A stretch of 64,000 nucleotides of DNA, from assembly GCA_964016885.1 (NCBI GenBank), contig OZ024762.1, positions 5,828,001-5,892,000 on the forward strand, read 5' to 3'. Both the position numbers and the translations under genes were made by a program. Position 1 is the stretch's first letter. Each line of letters starts with the position of its first letter. This document shows, one piece after another, positions 53,765 to 64,000 of this stretch. A model generated the notes under the pieces. That model did no database searches. It worked only from the letters and a program-made list of their open reading frames with translations, and was not told the origin of the DNA. Origin of the DNA: Eledone cirrhosa (Eukaryota).

Positions 53765-54900
53765 CAGATATGATGGATCCATGAATAAGGAGAGAACCAG
53801 AACTGAATACCTCGGGAGAGTAAAGAAAATATGGTCATCGGAACTGTCAGTGTACAACAAATACATTGCCCACAATACTTAAGCTGTGCCTATCCTAACA
53901 TCAACATAAGGAAGGTGGCCGGAGTCTAAAATCCATATTAACATCATACGAGACCCGAATAGTAACACTGAAGCAACGTCTTCAGCAGAAGAAAAAAGTC
54001 ATCAACCATCTTGCTCAGGTTTATGAGCATGAAGGAAATACTATCATTAGGATAGCCACTGATCTGGAAGGAGAGATGTGGAATAAGGCCTGATATAAAT
54101 CTCTCTCCTACGAACATTGGAAGATCCTATTCAATGCTCGAACAAGATAAAAAACAGACCAATTAACAGAGAAATTGTGCATGGATACCTGAGATGAAAA
54201 GCACAGACCATAGAGGGGATAAATCAAAAAGCCTGGTATTGAGTTCTGACAAGTTTATGACATCCCACCTTGAAGGATATCTCTGTGCAAACAGGAACAA
54301 GAAATCCCTACCAAATATCTGCTACACAAAAGAGGAGGGCCATCAGTCGACAATAAATGTAGGCTATGTAAAACAAAGATCGAAGATGTTAGCCACATTG
54401 TTGCCAACTGTGAAAGAATGTCGTCTCGTCTCGCTACTACCTCCCTATGAGACACGATGTGATAGCTAGTACCATCTGGAGCACACTTAGGAAAACAAAA
54501 TTAAAAATAGATGAGGAGGAATATGTTGAGATAGATGGTGCTAAGGAATACTGGTGGAACCTGAAAATAAAAACTGCCACCAAATTAAAGCACAACTGGC
54601 CTGATATTGTTGTTTGGGACCACACATTGAAAACATGCTCTGTTGTGGAGATTAGCTTCCCATTTGATGTCAATGTTGTAAGAAGAGTACATCTACAAAC
54701 CATTGATGAGGAGTTTGCAGATCCAAGATACACCTTCAGCTTCATACCCATTATTATTGGAGCTACAGGTTATATACCAACTCGTTTGGACAAAAGTATG
54801 ACTGTACAAAGAACGCAGCTCCCTAATTCATAGACTACAAATGGTTGTGATAGCTGGCACCTTCATAATTTGCAAAACACATTTTGCGATCCAAAAGATG
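53765..54900 (+). mobile_element. Decayed R4/Dong-like non-LTR retrotransposon C-terminus (CCHC finger and restriction-like endonuclease)
   Basis: RVKKIWSSELSVYNKYIAHNT, CRLCKTKIEDVSHIVANC, RHDVIA and KHNWPDIVVWD..TCSVVEISFPFD. Confidence 0.8.
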
Positions 54901-54934
54901 GCAATTTCTTTTTTTTTTTTTACAACCTTGCCAC

Positions 54935-55262
54935 CAGAAAGGTGGCCAGCTGAACAGTTTCCAGGCGGTCAATGTTCTGAGCAAGATAGGGGTTCCAGAC
55001 TGGTGATGCAAATTCTAAGTGTGGCCTCACCATAACCATGTACAGCCTTAAATAGATAGCTGGAGAGCGGCTGACAAAGGTCTTACTGAGTGATGCTAAG
55101 ACACCCTCGGCCCTCTTGACAATTTTAGAGACGTGCTTCGTCCAACGCAAATCGCTGCTGACCGTAATGTCCAGGTCACGTTCACAAGAACACTTCTTGA
55201 TATTAGTGCTGTGGAGGGAGTATGTGGACGCTGGGTTTTTACTCCCAAAATGCATGGTGTTA
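54935..55262 (-). mobile_element. CR1/L2-group LINE fragment
   Basis: ERDLDITVSSDLRW...LYMVMVRPHLEFASPVWNPY. Confidence 0.85.
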
Positions 55263-55372
55263 ACAATCTTTGAAAACCATGAAGAACACCATTGCAAAAT
55301 ACAAGGCAAACAAAGTTGATGCAGGTATATCACCTTGCTTGACACCATTTTCAACCGAGATTGGCTCCGTAC
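55263..55372 (-). mobile_element. RTE/BovB-type RT fragment
   Basis: ISVENGVKQGDIPASTLFALYF. Confidence 0.7.
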
Positions 55373-55981
55373 TTACATACATGCATACATGCATACATAC
55401 ATACATACATACATACATACATACATACATACATACATACATACATACATACATACATACATACAGACAGATGTATGTATGTATCTGTTAGTATATGTGG
55501 TGTCATCATCATCATCATCATCATCGTTTAACGTCCATGTTCCACGCTTGCATGGGTTTGGACGGGAGTTTTCCCACTTGAGGCAAGAGTGGTTGTCTTG
55601 CTCGCATAGGACTGTCTGGCGGGTTTTCTACAGCTGGATGCCCTTCCTAACACCAACCACATTTACAGTGTGGGACTGGGAGGTTTTTACCGTGTTGCCT
55701 ACACGGCCACATTACAGCGTGGACTGTGTGTTTTTTGTCGTGACACCTACACGATCTCATTTGTTTCGGCCTGGATGTTGTGGCACCAACATAACTTTAC
55801 ATGTGTATGCATGTATATATAAAACATGTATGTATATATATTAGTGTATACAGAATGAGTAAGTAAAATAATCAATGATGCTATCTATATACATAGAGTG
55901 TGTATAAACAGAAAAACACCACTCCTGACCCCATTAGCTCAACAATTCATCCTGGTTCTGCCCAAATAAACATCATCCTAC

Positions 55982-56502
55982 CTGGACATCCTCTATTGAA
56001 CATGTTCACTGGACCATGACAACTGTACTGTACTGTTGTTGCTGTTGTTGGTGGTGGTGGTGGTGATAGTGGGGATACTGTTGTTGTTGTTGTTGTTATT
56101 AATGATGGTGGTGGCAGTAGTGGTGGTGGTGGTGGTGGTTGTGGTAGGGTTGTTGTTGTGGTTGGTGTTATTATTAATGATGGAGGTGGTGGTGGTGGTG
56201 GTGGTGGTGGTGGTGGCAGTGGCGGTGGTGGTGGTGGCGGTGGTGGTGGTAGGGTTGTTGTTGTGGTTGGTGTTATTATTAATGATGGTGGTGGTGGTGG
56301 TGGTGGTGGTGGTGGTGGTGATGGTGGTAGGGTTGTTGTTGTGGTTGGTGTTATTATTAATGATGGTGGTGGTGGTGGTGGCAGTGGCGGTGGTGGTGGT
56401 GGTGGTGGTGGCAGTGGCGGTGGTGGTGGTGGTGGTGGTGGTGGCAGTGGCGGTGGTGGTGGTGGTGGTGGCGGCGGCATGGTGTTGTTGCTATAATCAT
56501 TT
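55982..56502 (-). CDS. Candidate Pro/Thr-rich exon
   Basis: Acceptor CTTTGCCAATATCAG, donor CAG/GTAGGA. Open frame NDYSNNTMPPPP...TTATTVQYSCHGPVNMFNRGCP, phase 2/1. A shorter exon using an acceptor near 56025 is also possible. Confidence 0.4.
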
Positions 56503-56586
56503 CTGATATTGGCAAAGTATTACAAAGGTGGGGTGGGAGTTGAATAAGTAGGGAATGCATGGTCACAGTTGATCAAGTCTATTACA

Positions 56587-56793
56587 GGTATTTAGTACCC
56601 TACTGTAGGGGTATTTAGTACCCTACTGTAGCTCTACACTATATACCTGGGTATTTAGTACCCTACTGTAGCTCTACTATATATACCTGGGTATTTAGTA
56701 CCCTACTGTAGCTCTACTATATATACCTGGGTATTTAGTACCCTACTCTAGCTCTACTATATATACCTGGGTATTTAGTACCTAGGTATTTAG
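56587..56793. repeat. ~40-bp minisatellite
   Basis: Unit GGGTATTTAGTACCCTACTGTAGCTCTACTATATATACCT. Confidence 0.9.
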
Positions 56794-56831
56794 TGACACA
56801 AGTTAACCCTTCATTATGCCCCCAAAGCTAC

Positions 56832-56941
56832 CCTACAGTGTGTACCAGGATATATAGCACTCTAGGGTAGCCATAAAATGCTTTTCTGTGGATTGGGCAC
56901 CCTACAGTCTGCAGCCTTCTCCCAGTTGAGTAGACCACACA
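56832..56941 (-). CDS. Candidate coding exon (donor and frame uncertain)
   Basis: Acceptor TTTACTACTTTAG. Reads CVVYSTGRRLQTVGCPIHRKAFYGYPRVLYILVHTV, phase 0/2, with a weak donor GTAGCT. Confidence 0.3.
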
Positions 56942-59868
56942 CTAAAGTAGTAAATGACCAGGTAGACCAGACTGGACTGTAAATGACCAGGTAGACCACA
57001 CACTGAACTGTAAATGACCAGGTAGACCACACACAGGACTGTAAATGACCAGGTAGACCACACACTGGACTGTAAATGACCAGGTAGACCACACACAGGA
57101 CTGTAAATGACCAGGTAGACCACACACTGGACTGTAAATGACCAGGTAGACCACACACTGGACTGTAAATGACCAGGTAGACAACACACTGGACTGTAAA
57201 TGACCAGGTAGACCACACACTGTACTGTAAATGACCAGGTAGACCACACACTGGACTGTAAATGACCAGGTAGACCACACACTGTACTGTAAATGACCAG
57301 TTATACCACACTCTGGACTGTAAATGACCAGTTATACCACACACAGGACTGTAAATGACCAGGTAGACCACACACAGGACTGTAAATGACCAGGTAGACC
57401 ACACACTGTACTGTAAATGACCAGTTATACCACACTCTGGACTGTAAATGACCAGGTAGACCACACACTGGGCTGTAAATGACCAGGTAGACCACACACT
57501 GGACTGTAAATGACCAGGTAGACCACACACTGGGCTGTAAATGACCAGGTAGACCACATACTGGGCTGTAAATGACCAGGTAGACCACACACTGGGCTGT
57601 AAATGACCAGGTAGACCACACACTGGGCTGTAAATGACCAGGTAGACCACACACTGGACTGTAAATGACCAGTTATACCACACTCTGGACTGTAAATGAC
57701 CAGTTATACCACACACTGGACTGTAAATGACCAGGTAGACCACACACTGGACTGTAAATGACCAGGTAGACCACACACTGGACTGTAAATGACCAGTTAT
57801 ACCACACTCTGGACTGTAAATGACCAGGTAGACCACACACTGGGCTGTAAATGACCAGGTAGACCACACAATGGACTGTAAATGACCAGGTAGACCACAT
57901 ACTGGGCTGTAAATGACCAGTTATACCACACTCTGGACTGTAAATGACCAGGTAGACCACACACTGGACTGTAAATGACCAGGTAGACCACACACTGAAC
58001 TGTAAATGAGCAGTTAGACAACACACTGTACTGTAAATGACCAGGTAGACCACACACTGAACTGTAAATGACCAGGTAGACCACACACTGGACTGTAAAT
58101 GACCAGTTATACCACACTCTGGACTGTAAATGACCAGGTAGACCACACACTGGACTGTAAATGAGCAGGTAGACAACACACTGGACTGTAAATGAGCAGT
58201 TAGACAACACACTGTACTGTAAATGACCAGGTAGACCACACACTGAACTGTAAATGACCAGGTAGACCACACACTGGACTGTAAATGACCAGGTAGACCA
58301 CACACTGGACTGTAAATGACCAGGTAGACCACACACTGGACTGTAAATGACCAGGTAAACCACACACTGGACTGTAAATGACCAGGTAGACCACACACTG
58401 GACTGTAAATGACCAGTTATACCACACTCTGGACTGTAAATGACCAGGTAGACCACACACTGAACTGTAAATGACCAGGTAGACCACACACTGGACTGTA
58501 AATGACCAGTTATACCACACTCTGGACTGTAAATGACCAGGTAGACCACACACTGGGCTGTAAATGACCAGGTAGACCACACACTGGACTGTAAATGACC
58601 AGGTAGACCACACACAGGACTGTAAATGACCAGGTAGACCACACACTGGGCTGTAAATGACCAGGTAGACCACACACTGGACTGTAAATGACCAGTTATA
58701 CCACACTCTGGACTGTAAATGACCAGGTAGACCACACACTGGACTGTAAATGACCAGTTATACCACACTCTGGACTGTAAATGACCAGGTAGACCACACA
58801 CTGGACTGTAAATGACCAGGTAGACCACACTCTGGACTGTAAATGACCAGTTATACCACACACTGGGCTGTAAATGACCAGGTAGACCACACACTGGACT
58901 GTAAATGACCAGGTAGACCACACACTGGACTGTAAATGACCAGGTAGACCACACACTGGACTGTAAATGACCAGGTAGACCACACACTGGACTGTAAATG
59001 ACCAGGTAGACCACACACTGGACTGTAAATGACCAGGTAGACCACACACTGTACTGTAAATGACCAGTTATACCACACCCTGGACTGTAAATGACCAGGT
59101 AGACCACACACTGGACTGTAAATGACCAGGTAGACCACACACTGGACTGTAAATGACCAGTTATACCACACCCTGGACTGTAAATGACCAGGTAGACCAC
59201 ACACAGGACTGTAAATGACCAGGTAGACCACATACTGGACTGTAAATGACCAGTTATACCACACACTGGACTGTAAATGACCAGTTATACCACACACTGG
59301 ACTGTAAATGACCAGCTAGACCACACACTGGGCTGTAAATGACCAGGTAGACCACATACTGGACTGTAAATGACCAGTTATACCACACACTGGACTGTAA
59401 ATGACCAGTTATACCACACACTGGACTGTAAATGACCAGGTAGACCACATACTGGACTGTAAATGACCAGGTAGACCACACACTGGACTGTAAATGACCA
59501 GTTATACCACACACTGGACTGTAAATGACCAGGTAGACCACATACTGGACTGTAAATGACCAGTTATACCACACACTGGACTGTAAATGACCAGTTATAC
59601 CACACACTGGGCTGTAAATGACCAGGTAGACCACACACAGGACTGTAAATGACCAGGTAGACCACACACTGGACTGTAAATGACCAGTTATACCACACAC
59701 TGGACTGTAAATGACCAGCTAGACCACACACAGGACTGTAAATGACCAGGTAGACCACATACTGGACTGTAAATGACCAGTTATACCACACACTGGACTG
59801 TAAATGACCAGTTATACCACACACTGGACTGTAAATGACCAGCTAGACCACACACTGTACTGTAAATG
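56930..59868. repeat. 31-bp satellite, about 94 units
   Basis: Unit GACTGTAAATGACCAGGTAGACCACACACTG, with recurrent variants (GTTATACC, GGGCTG, CAGGAC). Confidence 0.97.
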
Positions 59869-59965
59869 ATTGCAAGGCCAATGCTCTAACCACTAAGCCA
59901 TGTGCATATATACATATATATAATTACATAGATATTCTTGTGGTTGATGATTATCAATAACTTAC

Positions 59966-59988
59966 CAAATCCGCTTCTTCCATGGTTT
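59966..59988 (-). CDS. Candidate 23-nt micro-exon with a possible start codon
   Basis: TATTTTTAG/AAACCATGGAAGAAGCGGATTTG/GTAAGT. Kozak-like ACCATGG gives MEEADL, phase 0. Confidence 0.45.
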
Positions 59989-60034
59989 CTAAAAATATAC
60001 AAATGGAACAACAAACATACACACACACACACAC

Positions 60035-60094
<60 letters not shown>

Positions 60095-60480
60095 ACACGC
60101 ACGTATACCCCTGCACCATTATCTTTATCTTCCTCCCTGGCTTCTTCCAACACCCCCCCACCCACCCCTCCTTATTGCAGGCATTAGTAATAGCTTCCCC
60201 CTCCTCTTTAATAGGGGGGTTAGGTGATTGCCTGGGTAGCTGGGTAGCTGGGTAGCTGGGTAGGTGGGTAGCTGGGTAGCTGGGTAGCTGGGTGGTTAGA
60301 TGGATGGAAGGGTGGGTGGGTGGTTAGATATTATATATCATTCTGGGATCTTGTTATTCACAGCTGAGTGTATAAAGGGACAGGAAATATATGTACATGG
60401 GGGGGGGGGGTAAATGTGTTGAGGTATATGTGTGTGTAGATGTATGTGTGTGTGAAGAGAGATTGTATATGTATGTGTAG

Positions 60481-60532
<52 letters not shown>

Positions 60533-61531
60533 AGAGAGGTTGTTTATGAGGGTGGAAGTATATGTATGTGTAGATGTGTGTGTGTGTGTGTGTGGAGAGA
60601 GGTTGTTTATGAGGGTGGAAGTATATGTATGTGTAGATGTGTGTGTGTGTGTGTGTGTGGAGAGAGGTTGTTTATGAGGGTGGAAGTATATGTGTGTGTA
60701 GATGTGTGTGTGTGTGTGTGTGTGTGTGTGGAGAGAGGTTGTTTATGAGGGTGGAAGTATATGTATGTGTAGATGTGTGTGTGTGTGTGTGTGTGTGGAA
60801 GGAGAGAGAGAGAGATTGTGTATGAGTGTGGAGATATATGTAAGTGTAGGTGCATGTGTGTATGTATGGAGTTTGTGTCAGGTGTGGAGGTATGTGTACG
60901 GGGCAGGGTGGGAGGCGTTAGTGTGTGTGTATGTGTATGTGTGTGGAGAAGTTGTGTATGAATGTGGATATATGTGTATACACATGTATGGAATACATTC
61001 ATCAGTCTTTGTAGAACTTGCATGTAAGAATAGAGGCACACACACATATATATACACACACAGGTATACGCACACACATATACACACACACGTATACACA
61101 CACACACGTATACACACACACGTATACACACACACACGTATACACACACACACGTATACACACACATACATATACACACACACACGTATACACACACACA
61201 TATATACACACACACACGTATACACACACACGTATACACACACACACGTATACACACACACACGTATACACACACATACATATACACACACACACGTATA
61301 CACACACACATATATACACACACACACACGTATACACACACACACACATATACACACGCATATACACATACACATACACATATATACACACATACATATA
61401 TACACACACACATATATACACACACACACAGAAATACACACAAATACACACACACAAATACACACACACATATATACACACATATACACATACACATATA
61501 CACACACACATATATGTATCTACTATGTCTG

Positions 61532-61566
<35 letters not shown>

Positions 61567-61567
<1 letters not shown>

Positions 61568-61769
61568 ACGAAGGAAATGTGGTAAGGAACCAGGTGGACC
61601 ACAACGCACCAAAGTACTCAATACTTGAGGTAGTAGAGTGGGTAATAGGAACGAGTAGGACCCCGACGGCAGAGCTCAAGCCGTTTCGACGGCTAATTCT
61701 GGATACGGAAACGGCTAATTCTCCAGAATTACCCTTCGAAACGGCTTGAGCCCTGGGGTCCTACTCGTT

Positions 61770-61773
<4 letters not shown>
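61567..61773. mobile_element. Fold-back hairpin element, family D, with a rearranged centre
   Basis: Tail plus arm, scrambled centre, shortened second arm, in (TA)n. Confidence 0.85.
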
Positions 61774-61804
<31 letters not shown>

Positions 61805-61879
61805 GGGGGGGGGGGGTACATAAGTAAACACAGATACAAACACATACACACACGCTACACATACACAACCCCATACACA

Positions 61880-62882
61880 CACATACACCACATATACACC
61901 ACACATACATATACACCACACATACATATACACCACACATACATATACACCACACATACATATACACCACACATACATATACACCACACATACATATACA
62001 CCACATATACATATACACCACACATACATATACACCACACATACATATACACCACACATACATATACACCACACATACATATACACCACATATACATATA
62101 CACCACACAACATATACACCACACATACATATACACCACACATACATATACACCACACATACATATACACCACATATACATATACACCACACATACATAT
62201 ACACCACACATACATATACACCACACATACATATACACCACACATACATATACACCACATATACATATACACCACACATACATATACACCACACATACAT
62301 ATACACCACACATACATATACACCACACATACATATACACCACATATACATATACACCACACATACATATACACCACACATACATATACACCACACATAC
62401 ATATACACCACACATACATATACACCACACATACATATACACCACATATACATATACACCACACATACATATACACCACACATACATATACACCACACAT
62501 ACATATACACCACACATACATATACACCACATATACACAGTCATACACCACATATACATATACACCACACATACATATACACCACACATACATATACACC
62601 ACACATACATATACACCACACATACATATACACCACACAACATATACACCACATATACATATACACCACACATACATATACACCACATATACATATACAC
62701 CACACATACATATACACCACACATACATATACACCACACATACATATACACCACACATACATATACACCACACATACATATACACCACATATACACAGTC
62801 ATACACCACATATACATATACACCACACATACATATACACCACACATACATATACACCACACATACATATACACCACACATA
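61880..62882. repeat. 17-bp minisatellite CATATACACCACACATA
   Basis: Visible tandem repeat. Confidence 0.95.
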
Positions 62883-63029
62883 CACAGTCATACAGATATA
62901 GAAATGTATAGGAATAAATGAGGTTTAAATTTCAAAGATAAACCATTTTTTTTGTTCTGCGAATATTTTGGAGTATCCCTGGAGAGATTCATTACATTAT
63001 CTATAGTAAGTTGGTGTATATATATCTCT

Positions 63030-63965
<936 letters not shown>

Positions 63966-64000
63966 GCTAACATTTTCCATTTACATTTCATTATATCTGC

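Noticed and set aside
53161-53875. Poly-His / poly-Asp ORFs
   Set aside because: (CAT)n microsatellite abutting an R4/Dong fragment, with no convincing acceptor-donor pair despite a GTAAGT near 53625.
56930-59868. 31-bp array as a CRISPR array or a 300-490-aa repetitive protein
   Set aside because: Units are contiguous with no unique spacers, there are no cas genes and the context is eukaryotic. Long ORFs arise because the main unit lacks stops on the minus strand and cycles through all frames.

Overview
Repeat-saturated eukaryotic genomic DNA. The SINE families, RTE LINEs and very dense TA/CA/CAC microsatellites suggest a coleoid cephalopod such as an octopus; this is an inference. Almost all ORFs in the supplied track are microsatellite or decayed-transposon artefacts. 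Recognisable elements are two tRNA-derived SINE superfamilies, many RTE-clade LINE fragments, CR1/L2-like and R4/Dong-like fragments, two Penelope-like RT fragments, mariner-type MITEs and several minisatellites. Hidden in the repeats is a minus-strand multi-exon gene or pseudogene spanning about 17.1-60.0 kb, read here by eye from GT-AG junctions. Most of its exon phases thread consistently, it has Pro-rich exons, and two exons have a disrupted reading frame. The most notable observations are: (1) three minisatellite arrays whose unit contains the adjacent exon's splice junction; (2) several (TA)n-embedded fold-back palindromes and solo elements carrying minimal hammerhead ribozyme motifs; (3) a CAC-rich coding exon followed by a complementary GTG-rich intron, a possible long dsRNA/ADAR substrate. 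Repeat boundaries are approximate.
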